Assembly: GCA_951406725.2 (NCBI GenBank)
Contig: OX597825.1
Location: forward strand, 54,932,001 to 54,996,000
Length of the DNA: 64,000 nt
Direction of reading: 5' to 3'
Source: Octopus vulgaris
Taxonomy: Eukaryota
Shown piece by piece: positions 41,288 through 55,643 of this stretch. Position 1 is the first letter of the stretch. Every line of letters begins with the position of its first letter. A model generated the notes under the pieces. That model ran no database searches. It was given only the letters and a program-made list of their open reading frames with translations, and was not told where the DNA came from. The position numbers and the translations under genes are program-made.

Positions 41288-44200
41288 GAGAGAGACAGAC
41301 AGACAGACATATAGACATAGATTGAGAGACACACACACACACACCATACCTATATGTGCATATCCATTCACAGTTCATTTGCAACATGTCTAACCACAGA
41401 AGAATAGCTAAGTAGGCAGGGATGGGGTAATAACAACGATGGGTGTTCGTGGTGGTAAATATATTTACTCAAATCTTGTGAAAAGCCAGAAACGGAAATA
41501 TCTTATTATGGAGATGAATGAATATTGACTGATTATTGAACCTTCAGAGATGACTATTAATGGAGTCTCAGCCATGCTGTTGTTGTTGCTATCATAGTTG
41601 AGCATAGTGTGTGCTCTCAACTAAATTCTTTTCCATTTTTCTCCCTCTTTAACTCTGAAACCTGTTCTTTCTCTTATTTGTAAAACAGAGCTTTGGTTTC
41701 TATGTCTGTCCGACCACAGTCATCCTCGACTTTTTGCACTCTCTAGAGGCTTTATATATATAGTAACTCAGAGTTTCCTACAGAACTTCCTCCATGAACA
41801 AAAGCCTTCCTGAAACACCATTCAACAGGTATCAAAAGGCAGAAATTACAACATTGTAAAGAATCAAACAGAAAATTTCTTCTACACCATCATAACAAAA
41901 CTTTCTTCTATTCTGTCCATGTTACTACTGCAGCATCATTCTCACAACACTCTCTTTCCCATTCATTCCACAACACAACTTTATCCTAACATCACTTTCC
42001 TTTCATTCACTCCACAATACTACTGCAACACTATCCTAACTTTGTCTCTCCCACTCATTCCACTTAAATACAAAAGCATACACAGGCACATACAAACAGC
42101 AGCAGTATCAATTATAATCTTCCTGTCATGAAACATTGAACTTGGATAAGTGCAGAGGAACAACAGCTGTTGTGGCCACCAATAGAATCTAAGGGTATAA
42201 AAGAACCAACAACAAAATGGAAGAAAACATGCCCTAAACAGGAAACAAGTGTTAACTTGAAATGTAAAGTGTGGTCTTAAATGGAGTAAGTACATCTTGT
42301 CTGTGATGTGAATCTTAAAATTATACCCAGTTCTTTTGTTAGCTATCTACATAACATAAGTCCAGCAGACTCAGAAATTAGCAAGGTGACTAACCACCAA
42401 CAACAAAAACAAAATCAAATCTGAAACACAACATACTCATTATATGTCATATCTCTGCTCAGTTAAGGATGACCAAAACAACAAAGCCACTTACAATGTC
42501 AAATCTAAAATGCAACCTACTTATATGTCACAGTTCCACTCACTCAAAGATGATCAGGGCAACACAAATAAACTTTGTGATAGCTGCAACCACAACAACA
42601 TGAACGATAATAACAAACTTTGGAATGTAAATGAGTGAGTAAACAAAATCAAATATATAACTCCTATGCATGTATAAATTAAAAACAAATTTAAGAACAA
42701 TTTAGAATAGCTTGTCAAAATTTGTGAATATTTCCATACATGCAATAAAGACAGCCACCACACCTGTATCATTAGATAATGTCCTGACTTGTATGTGAAT
42801 TTATATAAATATGCACAAGCTTCAATGTCACTGATTCTAGCTATGAGTGACATTTGTTAATCTCATAAACTAATCATATTTATAGATAGACGAGTGTAAA
42901 CTTGCACATGAACAGAAAAATCAGAGTATGTAAACATATAATAAAAACAAGTATACATCGATATATAACGATAAATTTTAACTGGGAACTATGGTATGTA
43001 TGTGGGGAGACTATATGAAGCTCAAAGAATATGAATTTGATGTAGTCATGTGCTAATGGATAGGTTGAGTAGTTACCTACATCTGACTGGTACTAGTAAC
43101 TAACCTACCCTGGCTGTGTGTATATTATAAAATGATGAAGGGAAGCATTGACTTAGAGTGATGGTAGGGGGAGCATTAAAAAGTGTTAGTAAGAGTAAAA
43201 GGCTGATAGTTAAAAATGTTTGAGAAGTACAAGATTAGATTCTACACTTTTCATGGCTTGCTAAATTCTTCTATAAATTCTCTATAATATAAGATACTCT
43301 CCATTTAAGAACATTGCATGGCTTAACTCATTGACTCACCAAAGCATACACTGCACCCCGTAATATCTCTTGTTATCACATTTCTGTTGAAATACACTGT
43401 TTTTCTTTCAATCACTTTCAAAATTAATGCAAAATAGAATACAATAAATTTATCATTGTTAAACTCAGGTTTGAAACATAGAGTAACATGAAATTTTAAT
43501 CATGAGTTTTTATTTAGATAGTTTTAAAACAGGAAGTGTGTGCCAAAGAAGTAAGGGCAAACTCAGAGGGTTGCTATCAAAATGGTAAAATGATGTTTTG
43601 GTGCAGCTGATCATTGAGAAATGATTAAGTTTTGGCTTTCGTAACACAATAAAATGGCACCTGAATGGCAAGGAATGGAATGGCAGCCATTTCATTGATT
43701 GTGATCAGTACCTTATCAATGAAGTTGTCTGTTGCTGTCAAACCTATTTTGATAATTTCTTGCATTTTAAAGAAGTTTTTAGAATTTAAAAAAAAGAAAC
43801 AAATGCAAAGCTATACTCTCCTTCTGCACAAATAAATAAACTGATGGATTCTAACTAGTAAGGACAATAAACAAAAGAAAGAATAAAATAAGAAAAAATT
43901 CTCTCAATTTTGAAAGTAAATTGAGATTTTATTGGATTCTTTAAGCTGAAAGGAATGGTTGCGATAAACTGGAATTTGATAACAGTTTGGAATTACAATA
44001 CACTAGAATCAACAACAAACTTTTTATCTTCATCATCATCCTCAGCATCTGCAGCATCACCACCACTATCACCACAACCACACCATCATCACTGTCATCA
44101 TTATCATTATCCCGATCATCTTAATCACACACTGGCCATTGTAACAATCATCATCACAGCTATTGTCATCATCCTTATCCTGTGCTTTCATCGTCATTAC

Positions 44201-44954
44201 CAACACGATTGTAACCACCACCATCATCATTATCATTTTCACCATTCTCCGCATCATCATCCTTGTTATTATTATTACTATTATTATTATTATTAGTTTA
44301 AGAAAATAAGTACATGGGTACTCACTCAAGAGCAACCTGATCTATCTTGTCATACACAAACAGAAAAGGCTCCTTCATTAATTGAAGATACATACTAACC
44401 TGAACCCCAACAGCACTAAAATAATCAGAGAGGAACAAATACATCTTCATTATCATTTACTGTCCATTATTATCACTACTATCATTATTATTGTTGTTGT
44501 TACCTTTGTTGTTTTTCCTTCTGTATATGTGTCTGTGTGAGTGTCTCTATAGGGTTGTTATAAATTAATGCTGAAAAGTGAGTTATTGTTGTGATAACAT
44601 TAAGAAAGTTCTTGATTTCCTTTGAGAGTTTTTGCTTTGGATACATGAGAAAAAAATTGATGAAACAATGAACATCTCAGTGAGATCAGACAGAATCATC
44701 CATTTCATGCAAAGTTTTGCATTTTGTTGCAATAAAGAAGATGAGTGATTTTTTTCCATCAATCTTTCAGGATGAGAAACTAGTCTATTGTAAAACTGCT
44801 AGATCTTACCCAACTAAGATCTAGGAAGTTCTTCTTTGATTATATAGTAACAGTTGAATAAAAGAGGAATATCACTGGAGTTTTGTACTTTCAGTGGTTA
44901 GATCAAGGCCTTGCAGTGTTAAGTGTCCCAGAAACTGTTATTTCTAAACATGAC

Positions 44955-45395
44955 AAGGACTGCTGCTTAAAGAAGAGCCAATCTCTAATTTTTGAAGGAA
45001 ATTGTGGAAGAGGTGAACCCAGGAAAACGTGGGCCAAGGTAGTGAAATATGATTTTCAGTTGTTGAGTCTTATAGAGGTGATGACAAGTGGCTGAGACTG
45101 GCAATTTGCTGTGCTTGAGAAGACATATCAAGCTAAGTGGAATCGTAGTCATGGCCAGTGACATGTAAAAGGCACCTGTGCCAGTGACACATAAAGTGCA
45201 CTTGTGCTGGTGTCATGTAAAAGGCACCCAGTACACTTTATAGAGTGGTTGGTGTTAGAAAGGGCATCCAGCCAGAGAAACTAAGCCAAAACAGACTGGA
45301 GCCTGGTGCAGCTCTTTGGTTTACCAGCTCCAGTCAAACCCTCTAACACATGTGAGCATGGAAAATGAACATTAGAAGATGATGGGGATGATGAT
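44955..45395 (+). mobile_element. RTE-clade LINE 3' end
   Basis: EGNCGRGEPRKTWAKVVKYD...W.FAVLEKT (RTE GRGRPRKTW motif), followed by the standard tail and (GAT)n. Confidence 0.8.
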
Positions 45396-46044
45396 TAGAA
45401 TCCAGTAAAATCAAGGGGTCTGTATAGTTAAACCTTTTATAAATCACAGAAGCATGCTGAAGGATTGCTTAAATTTTGACTCCTGCAATATGAAGCAGAA
45501 GTGAAACAACATATTGCATACATATAGGGGAGAGAGTTATATACACACACACACACAGAGACCCACAGACACACACACACATACAAATATAAGCACACAT
45601 CCATATATAAAAATACATGCAGGTGCTGATAACGCAAACATTGTGGGTTCACGCACCATACTAGCCACTAATATTCCTGCAACTGAGTATTTCTTGTGAT
45701 CATAATATCTTGGCAAGAAAATTTGACAAGCTGAGAAAATATAGACTTGCTCATTAACTTAGCAGTTCAGCAAAAAGTCTCATAGAACAAATACCACGCT
45801 TAAAAAAGGAACAAAAAAAAACAAAAAAACTATATGGGGGTTGATTCTTTCATTCATTCAACTATAAAATGTTCAATGTGGTGTCCCAGCATGACAGCAG
45901 TCTAATGAATGAAACAAGTAAAAGATAAAAAGCTGATAAAGGTATCTGGTTATCCACACATAAAATTCCATGCAGGTAATAAACACATGCCTGCACACAA
46001 AAATATAATGTGGCAAAGCTATCCAGATTCATACGCACACATAG

Positions 46045-46240
46045 TGATTTCAAATTTTGGCACAAGGCCAGCAATTTTGGGGGCAAGGAGTAAGTTGATT
46101 AGATCAACCCCAGTGTTCAACTAGTTCTTATTTTATTGACTCAGAAAAGAAAGGCACTTGAACCCATAACGTAAAGATGGACAAAACACTGCTAAACATT
46201 TTGCCCAGCATGGTAATGATCCTGTCAGTTCATTGCCTTA
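46045..46240 (-). mobile_element. Family-A SINE
   Basis: tttcaaattttggcacaaggccagcaatttt...ccccagtgttcaact. Confidence 0.7.
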
Positions 46241-46509
46241 ATACACATCCACACATAAAAATACATGCATATACATAAAACACATGTGATAAAGCTATCC
46301 AAACTGACATACAAATTCACACACACTCACACACTGTTTAAAGTTAGCAACATAGACATACATTGAACATACAGATTGGTTTTAACAAACATACTTCTAC
46401 ACACAGTCACACACATTGTGTAATGCTAGCATCACAACACAGACATATTTAGATTTAGAAAGTACAGACTTATTCAGACAAACACACACATTTCCAGTAA
46501 TCGTATTCA

Positions 46510-46830
46510 TCATCATTATTATTTAACGTCCGTCTTCCATGCTAGCATGGTGGGAGGATTTCATAAGAGCCAGCCAGGCAGAAGCTTGCACCAGACTTCA
46601 GTGACTGTTTTGGCAGAATTTTCGCAGCTGGATTCTCTTCCTAATACCAACAACTCAGCAGATTTGACAGGGTGCTTTTAAGTGGCACCTACACTGACAG
46701 GGTCACCAAGTACTTGCAAGACAAAAAACAACAAAAATTTCAAGTGGGGAGGGGGAATTGGAGGAGGTGATCTTGTGTCAGACGGTGAAAGGTTATAGTG
46801 AGACAGAGAGACAAATACAGGTGTCTAAAT
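46510..46830 (-). mobile_element. RTE-type tail repeat
   Basis: tttaacgtccgtcttccatgctagcatgg...cttcctaatacca matches the reverse complement of the 27100-27478 tail. Confidence 0.7.
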
Positions 46831-47495
46831 CGAGATATAGATGATGGCAAGTGCCAGGGCATACACTTCAGGTTTGAAACACCATAATTGGCAGGATATT
46901 GTGAAGAAAGTGTGATTATAAACCCATAGAATGGCTACACACAACCTGTGCTACTAAGCCAAATATATTGACCTATGAACAGTAAGAATAAAAACTAAAA
47001 GTGATTGAGACAATAGTTTAGTCTCCACTGATACAAGATGGAAGAGGGTCTGTGAAACACCAATGAGCATAATTTTGCTTCATCAAGACTAATCTGGAAT
47101 TAAAAAAAACAATGTTGAGATGATCTCAGGTGACATCAACATTTGACTCTTCACTTTAGATCAAACAATACATGTGGAAAAGATTATTCTTGTTGCATCG
47201 TTTCTATAAATTATATTATATTTGTCTCTCACAACTCTCCAGTGGGTGTTTATAAGGATTCTCTGTGAAAATAATAATTAATCTGCAATGGTGGCATGGT
47301 ATCATGGCAGCATGACAGCACATCTTCTAAAATTGGAATCATACAATACAACATTAATATGCATTGAAGAATTTATAATTAACATATTTATATTTAAATG
47401 CACACACACATATATGTGCATACACACACACACACATATGTGCATGCACACACACAAACATATATATACATATATATATGCATGCACACACACGC

Positions 47496-47535
<40 letters not shown>

Positions 47536-47570
47536 CAATGTGGAGTTGTAAGGTACTGCACGAGTGGAAT

Positions 47571-47761
47571 TATATATGAAAGAAGGTTTGAAAATGCAAT
47601 TTTAAAAGATGTTTATTTACTTTACCAGTTTCCCTTTTTTAGAAAAAGATTGTCAAAAGTAACATGTAAAAGCTTTTGACAATCTTTTTCTAAAAAAGTG
47701 AAACTGGTAAAGTAAATAAACATCTTTTAGAATTGCATTTTCAAACGTTCTTTCATATATA
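47571..47761. repeat. Near-perfect 89-bp-arm palindrome with decayed hammerhead-like motif
   Basis: Arms 47571-47659 and 47673-47761, 3 mismatches, 13-nt loop. Confidence 0.95.
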
Positions 47762-48274
47762 TATGGAAACGTATATATAAACAACATGCTGCTCAGTGTG
47801 TTGTGTTCTTCAGCAGATCACTTCATGTCAGATTCCCCCAGTCCCACAAGTGTGAGAATAAAATGTGCTTAGGGTGTTCACAAATAGGTCCAACCCTGGT
47901 TGTTCAAACTGTCTGCATTGCCCACTCAAAATTTGAGGGGATAACCTTGCATGACTTGTTCTTGGGCTTATGTCCAATTTACCCAGATATATGTAGATAA
48001 ATCCACAATGGACTAGCCTCCAGATCGGGACGAATATTGGCCTGCTCACCTAGCCAGTAGCATGTCGGTGTTTAATGGCTAAAACTCGCCAAAGTGCATT
48101 GTGACCAGTGATGTATAACAATAGCTGATAGTCTGGTTGATCATGTGATATATACATATATACATACATAAATCTATACATACACACACTCACATATCTA
48201 TCTATCTATCTATCTATAAATATATATATATATATATACATACACATCTCTATATAGATATATCTATATATATA

Positions 48275-50155
48275 TCTATATATATAGAGCTGAAGTTGTC
48301 TGTGTGTGTGTGTGTGGCAGGTTTGGTAGCCTTCAAATAACACTATCTCCTCCGAGACCCTGCTGCACAAGTTGACCAAAATTGAGAGTATGATAGAAGA
48401 AGGCTTGCTCTTCATTCCGTAGAAGAAAAAATTCAAATCGGATCATGTTAAGACCAAAAATTATTTATATTGAAAAGGTGCTTTTTTTTATGAAAATCCC
48501 TATTTTTTACGATTTTTTTACTGTTGTGTCGCCATTTTTCGAAAGAAAATAAGAAGCTACATAATGTAAAATTTTTACTTTTCAAAAATTCCAATTCTAA
48601 AGGGTCGAAAAGAATTTTTTTGCGATGTCATTGATTTTTAGAGGGAACGACGGATCAGCTGATCCAATGCAGAGGAGTAGTGTTTGCTGCGTGAATGCAC
48701 TAATTTTCAAGGTCGTCAACTGCTACAGTGTTGAGTACAATTCAACAATTTCAATTGATTTTTTTGTGAGAAAAACTAATTGCATTAGCGTAAAACAGAA
48801 CATTTTGCTTAGTCATTTGGACTGCACTGCCTTTGTATGCTGCAACACATTATAGTTGCTGTGAGCGTTATACTTTGTAAGTTTTTTTCCTAAAAACATT
48901 TTTAAATACCAACTTAACTATGGCTGTCCAGAAATTTATCTTTGGTACTATACAAGAACTGTTTACCTTCTTTTATGGATTTCGAACTGAGACATTCTTT
49001 CTTAATAATTGTTCAATAACAATTAAATGAAATTTTTGGTACTAACTAATGGAAAGATGTAAAATTAATAAATTGTGGTGTATGTTGACGCAGTAGGAAT
49101 TAGAACCACCTCTTTTTACGTTTTACTTTTTGAAATTTCTTCGCATTTAAGATATACTTTTTGCCACATCACTTTGATTGAATGTGCTTCACATGACAAT
49201 GCCTAAAAAAAGAGAGCTATAATACAATCAACCCAAAAACAGATGATGAAAAGAAGGAGACTTCATTCACCATCGTTGAGTAATAGAGTCTCAAATTGTG
49301 GGGAGTTCAATTGATGCGGCTGTTATGTCCACGGATGAGCGTTGCTTGAATCGACGGGAGGGAGATTCTGTTCCCATTTCATCTTCTCATTCAACTGAGA
49401 ATGATGACGAGACATTGATTCAAGGCAACAGTAATGCCTCAGCAACTATATTCCCACAGGCTGCACTGAATAACGAAAACTTCGACATCAGAACGAAGGA
49501 AATGCAATGATTAATGCAGATGTACAAGCTGCAGACAAAAATAATCGGCAAAGACTTCATTCAGACCAAAAGGCTGCAGCTGCACGAGCTGCTGAGAACA
49601 ATGCTCAACATGAACTACATCTGAGTAGAAACGCTGCCTGTACAGCATTTGCCAGAGCTGCAGAGACAGCAGATAACAGATCCAAATACGTTATCGCAGT
49701 TGTAATGTCGGATATGTTTAAGGAAGGCCCTTGAGAGAGAATGAGTACCTGTAAGAACAAGTTAAAGTGGCTGTGGTGGATCCCTAGGTGTAGGGAGTTT
49801 TACCTTTTCATTTGAACAGCACAATTCCACTGGTTCACCTATCCCTTGTTTAGCATTGCAAAATTGACAAGTTTTAGACATGCCACCAATCTGATTGTCA
49901 GGGTGGTCTGCATAATCATTAGTAGGAACATAATTGAAGGCCTTCAATGACCATTGTGATTTTACTGCTCTCGAAATACCTTGTCTATTGGCTTTGTACT
50001 GAGAAACACCCCCTATTCGATTGGATCTGTTATCTGCTGTCTCCGCAGCTCTGGCAGATGCAGTAGAAGCAGTGTCTCTGCTCAGATGCAGCTCACGTTG
50101 AGCATCGTTCTCTGCAGCTCTGGCAAATGCCATAGAGGCAGTGTTTCTACTCAGA
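48275..50155. mobile_element. Helitron remnant: 5' end and RepHel N-terminus with an internal inversion
   Basis: A|TC 5' end at 48275. ARAAE...RAAETADNRS repeats on the plus strand (49507-49685). On the minus strand (50133-49696): AFNYVPTNDY...IGGMSKTCQFCNAK...CCSNEKVKLP...PPQPL...FLKHIRHYN, the typical Helitron N-terminal zinc-finger block. Confidence 0.88.
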
Positions 50156-50183
50156 TATATATATGTACATATCTATACACACA

Positions 50184-50309
50184 TCTATATATATAAAGCT
50201 GAAGTTGTTCGTGTGTGTGTGGAAGATTTAGTAGCCTTAAACTAAGACTATCTGCTGTTTTAAGCACAACTGAAAAACAAACCTGAGCAATGCTGGGCTA
50301 TACTGCTAG
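50184..50309 (+). mobile_element. 126-bp non-autonomous mini-Helitron
   Basis: A|TC...CTAG|T termini and a subterminal hairpin cctgagcaatgctggg. The first ~65 bp are a copy of the 48275 5' end. Confidence 0.85.
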
Positions 50310-50510
50310 TATATATATATGTATATTACTTTGAAATTGTATGGATAATACCATACTAAATTCTGGTGCCTCAACTGAATCTAAATTTTTACATATATAT
50401 ATAAATATATATATATACACATCTATATATATATGCATATGAATATCTATAACATACATATATATACACACATGTGTATATATGTATACATATATATACA
50501 CACACATATG

Positions 50511-50543
<33 letters not shown>

Positions 50544-50614
50544 CTGTGTGTATATATATATATACGCACACACATATATTTTCATCATGCTGTCTACATT
50601 TTTCTCTCTTAATC

Positions 50615-50650
50615 CTTTCTGTTGAAGAGCGTAAGCTCAAAACATAAAAG
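50615..50650 (+). ncRNA. Decayed/variant minimal hammerhead motif
   Basis: CTTT CTGTTGA A GAGC-GTAA-GCTC AAAAC ATA AAAG. Stems I and II are intact; core A6->U; GAAACG->AAAACA is consistent with CpG decay. Confidence 0.55.
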
Positions 50651-50802
50651 ACTTTCCCATTCTTCACAAGCAGTAAACTGATACACCTGCTTGTTGTTGC
50701 TGTCTTCATCTTTTGTTTTCTGTATATGTGAACAATATACATACAAATATATAAATGTTTCAAGATGTTCAAAGAAAACTGTACTAGAAGGTCTAAGAGG
50801 GA

Positions 50803-50848
<46 letters not shown>

Positions 50849-52244
50849 TACATTCATATTATTTTACTTGTATACTGGTAAGAGTTGGTAATGGGAAGAG
50901 TGTCAAGCCATTGAAAATCTGCCTCAATAAATTTTGTCCAACCCATGTGAGTATGGAAAAGTGGATGTTTAAACACTGACAATGATGTGTAATTTCTTTA
51001 ATACCTGATCCTTTCTTCTATACATCTCCACTTTCTAAATCTAACACTGATCTAAAAATTGTATCCCGTGAGATTCACTTTTAGTTAAAGCGTACGTGTG
51101 GATAACAAGATTAAAAGCCCAATACACATAGACATGCATCCTTCCATTAAAACTCTAATTATAATCTGTTACCTTAGGAATGCTTACCAACATGTTTAGT
51201 TATATGTTGTAATCAGAAACCTATTATTAAGCTACCTTTACAATTATTACAGGCTTGCATCCTTCCTTCCATAAGCGCTTATATATTAATGGTACCCTAT
51301 TATTATTAGAAAACATTTTACACAATACATAACGATGTATAAAATCTTAATAGTAAACCAAGTTCCCTACAACACATCATGTGATCAAGATTTTTAAATA
51401 ATCTGTTACGCTTAGAAATAAATCTTAAGATTTCATTCTATGTTAGTAACACATTTATTACTAACATTAAACAAGCTTTCCAAACACATGCCATTCTCCT
51501 CAATATAATTTGGCAATCTTAAAAGAAATCATATAAATCTTCAATCTAAATTTCTAGTCACTTCTCACACATTTCTTTTCAACCCTAACTCCATTTTACT
51601 TTTTTATTTTCATACAGCACTAACCTCAATTTACCACATTATTCACAAATCCAAAGATAGATATATTATGTGACAGCTTTTTGACAGAAAACCTCTAAGT
51701 GTAATATAAACACAACCAATTTATGAATCACTTCTATATTGAAATAATTCTAATTTTATTCTTATCATATTTTAATTCTACCTTATAAAATATTTTACGA
51801 ATAACTCCTTTACTTAACCTTAGGCCACAAGTCTGTCACATGCCTACAGATTCATTAGGCCTGAGAATATTGTGATGTCTGTGGTATACAACCAACTAAA
51901 ATTAATATGCTCTCACTTGAATAGGATACTATTTCACTGCAGGGTTAACCCTAAGCTGTTAGTGGCACTTATTTTCAGCTGAGTGGACTGGAACCACAAT
52001 GCTTCTCCCAGTTTAGAAATCATGACCTAATGATCATGAGCCCAACATTCTAACCACTATGCTATGTGCATTCATAGCATTTGATGTAGCTTCCCTAATT
52101 TCCATATATTGCTTCATTAAGTATCTCTACTTCAGTAGTTCATCAAGATACCATGTAATGTAGTTTTTCTGATTTTATTCACTCTCTTAGGCTATACAAT
52201 TCATTTGTCTTATGTCTAGTGTTCAATACCAACATAGGTTAAAT

Positions 52245-52650
52245 CAGTGGCCCTCAACCATTTTTTACCTCTGGATCCCTTTGATTACTATTTTCTTCTC
52301 GTAGACTCCCAGAGCCATTTAGTGTTTAAAAAGTATTTTCATAAGTATTTTCAAAATTCTTATTTTGTTTCTCACTCATTCACTTGTGCACATAAGCAAT
52401 AACATTCTCTGAGCGAACATATTTCAGTGGCCAGAAACATGTTAAACTATGTAAAATATCAGTGAAAGAAACCTAGTTGTTTCTTGTAAAAAATATATCT
52501 AAAGCAAAATTTTTCATGCACCCTTTAAATACTGTGGATCCCTAATTTACAACTTGACTTGTATGAAACCCCAAAAATCTTATGCAGACCCCAACCACCA
52601 CCACCACCACCACCACCAAGGGTCATATGGATCCCAGTTGAGAATCAATA
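52245..52650. mobile_element. hAT/Charlie-like MITE
   Basis: Termini cagtggccctcaacc / agttgagaatcaata. Flanks ggttaaat and ggttaggt resemble a decayed 8-bp TSD. Confidence 0.55.
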
Positions 52651-52930
52651 GGTTAGGTGAATATATACTATGGAAGCAATGTTTTACAGCTGAATATCCT
52701 TTGTACTCCAGAACACAATGCATCACTCAGTCCAGGAATCAAAATCACAATCTTACGATCATAAGTGCAACAGCAACAAAATGTTCAGAAGCATTTCTTT
52801 CAGGTGTTTATGTTTTGAGTTCAAAAGCTGCCAAGACTGATTCTTGTCTTTCAGTACCAGTTGAGGATTAGGGGTCAATGTAATTGACTTGTCTCTCTCT
52901 CAAAACTTCAGGTCTTGTGCCAATAGCAGA

Positions 52931-52983
<53 letters not shown>

Positions 52984-53517
52984 CATGTCAGCAATCACTT
53001 CACTGAAACATATTGGTACTTAAAATAAAACGTTAAATAGTGACACATGATTAACTATCGGGAGACAGTTGATCTTATGCCACAATTTCAAGATACAACC
53101 ATCATATTTGACTTTTGTTAATTCCATTGTACATCCCTGATATGATTTCTTTCACTCAGCTATAAAACAAAGGAATTCATGGAAATTTACAAAGATACTA
53201 AATCAGTCTCCCTTATTCTAATATATTAACATTACTGACATATATTTTGAGTGAATTGAAGGCACATTTGATCTTTTTTATAAAGGTTCAAACACAGAAT
53301 ATGGAGAAAAAGAATCTAAATAGCTTTGAGAATTTATTCTTGGTGTTTCACAATTTTCTTACACAACTAATCTAATGCAGTTACTGTTAGCATATTTGAT
53401 ATTACAAGGGAGGGGGACATTAAGAAGCAAAGTACAAATAATTATAATGAGAGGGAAAAGATATTGTTAGTCAATGACCATTGTTATGTTCATTATTTCA
53501 GTAAGTATGGAAGACAA

Positions 53518-53559
53518 CTTTTGACATGTTTCAGCCTTATTATGACCTCTTCTATAAAG
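53518..53559 (-). ncRNA. Decayed minimal hammerhead motif
   Basis: Minus strand: CTTTA TAGAAGA GGTC-ATAATAA-GGCT GAAAC-AT-GTC AAAAG. GAAAC..GUC half is intact with palindromic ACATGT; two changes in the CUGANGA half. Confidence 0.55.
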
Positions 53560-53867
53560 CTTGGATTTCACTGTATTTGCTGATGTAGTGATGCAAGAGA
53601 ATCACAATGTATTACATGGGGTTTCCATTGGTCAAGGGTGATTGTATCTCTACATCTATATGTAAAGGCTTGGGCAATTTTTTAGGAAAGCTGGCAGTTG
53701 CCCATGCATTCAAGTTTCCCTTCTCCATGCTACCAGTACTTATCCAAGGGTAAGATCTTTGGCTTGGAAGTGATTCAGCTTGTCACCAATGTTGTTGCAG
53801 GTATTGTTGTCAGAACACAAAGAGCTACAAAATATTCCACAAGGCATTTTTCCTGATCGCCAAACAT

Positions 53868-54350
53868 TATCATCATCATTCAACATCTGATTTCCATGCT
53901 GGCATGGGTTAGACGGTTTGACTGAGAATGGTAAACTAGAGAGCTGTACCAGGCTCCAGTCTGATTTGGCTTGGTTTCTACAGCTGGGTGCCCTTCCTAA
54001 CGCCAACCACTCTAAGTGTATAGTCGGTGCCTTTTACATGTCACTGGCATGGATGTCTTTTAAATGTCACTGGCATGGGTGCCTCTTATATGTGACCAGC
54101 ACAGGTACCTTTTATGTATCACTGGCACAGGTGCCTTTAATGTATCACCAGCACTGGCTATGACTACGATTTCATTTGGCTTGACATGTCTTCTCAAGCA
54201 CAGCAAATCACAAAAGGTTTCAGTCACTTATCATTGCCTCCATGCAACTCAACATCTGAAGACCATGCTACACCACCTCATCCCATGTCTTCCTGGGTCT
54301 ACAGGTTCCTTCCAGAGTTAGCAGTCAGCACTTCTTTACACAGCTGTCCC
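53868..54350 (-). mobile_element. RTE-clade LINE 3' end
   Basis: Minus strand DSCVKKC*LLTLEGTCRPRKTWDEVV followed by the standard tail and (GAT)n. Confidence 0.8.
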
Positions 54351-55643
54351 CAACAGTTCCACTAACCCACTGCCCTGAATTTGTATATTTTTATTGACTC
54401 CAAAATTATGAAAAACAAAGATGACCTCATCAAGATTTGAACTTTGGATACAAAAGGTTAGAATAAATACTATAAAGCATTCTATCCAACACTGAAACCA
54501 CTATACCACTGTACTATTTCAACACCTTAATCTTTTATTAATCAAAGATTAATAATGAATTGGTTAAGGGTTAACAATTAATATAGAATTTATAGTTTTT
54601 TTGGGGGTTTTTTTTTGTATTAGAATGTGTTGAAATTCAGGCTAATATTTGAAGAAGTAATGTAAAATAGAAGAAATTTTGTCTATTTGATCCTGAGTCA
54701 GCTGTAATAGGACCTACTTCAGATCAAAGGTATTCAGGCTATGAATATTCCTTCAGATATTTGGAATGGCATTATGCAATGTCATCAATTCTTTCAATTC
54801 AGTATGGCTGAATGTGATTTTAAGGTGACTTGGCTATTATTTCTAGAAGGTTAAGTGACCTCACCACCACCAAAAACCCCTTTTCTTGTTGGGGTTAAGT
54901 GAATAGTATTCAACAAAACATGTGAATGACTTGGTCAATAACTCAAGCAGCTTCTGCTTACAACAATGGAACAGTGAAAAAAAAAATGCCTTCAATACCT
55001 ATAAGAAATATGGGTATAAAATTCTCACACAGCTTTCTAATACGCTCAACAATAAGAACAACAATAGTAACAGCAATAACAGCAACAAGAACAACAACAG
55101 CAACCCCACCCACCACCACGACCACAACAACAAAGGAACAAAGAAAGGAGATTTGCAAACCCTATTCCTAGTTCAAAACCAGTTAATCTTGCCCCAACAG
55201 ATAGAAGAGTGGATAAAAGTGACAACAGATATTGATGCCATGCCAGTATGATTGACTGCCAAACTGACCAATGACACTAGAGGAAGTAAAAGCACATGAT
55301 TCCTGTTTTACTGTGTCAATAGGGAGAAGAATAAAAAATCATTTCAATAACTACAGTGAATTTTTCGATTGCCTGAAGAACATGATACAAGGAAATTATA
55401 TTAGAGAGACTGAAATAAAGCATTACATTCAAATAATTGATTACTTAGCATTGTGAAAAAAACAGATATGTTTGTTACTTTGTCACTGACATCACAACCA
55501 AGGCCATACTGGAGCACAACACTCAGAGTTAAAAGTTTTGCCATTTGTGTGTTCTCAACCAACATCCAGGAATCCCAATGTTTTATTAAGCTTATTTTCT
55601 TTTATTATTCATAATAAATATTTAGCTAATAGTAATAATACAA

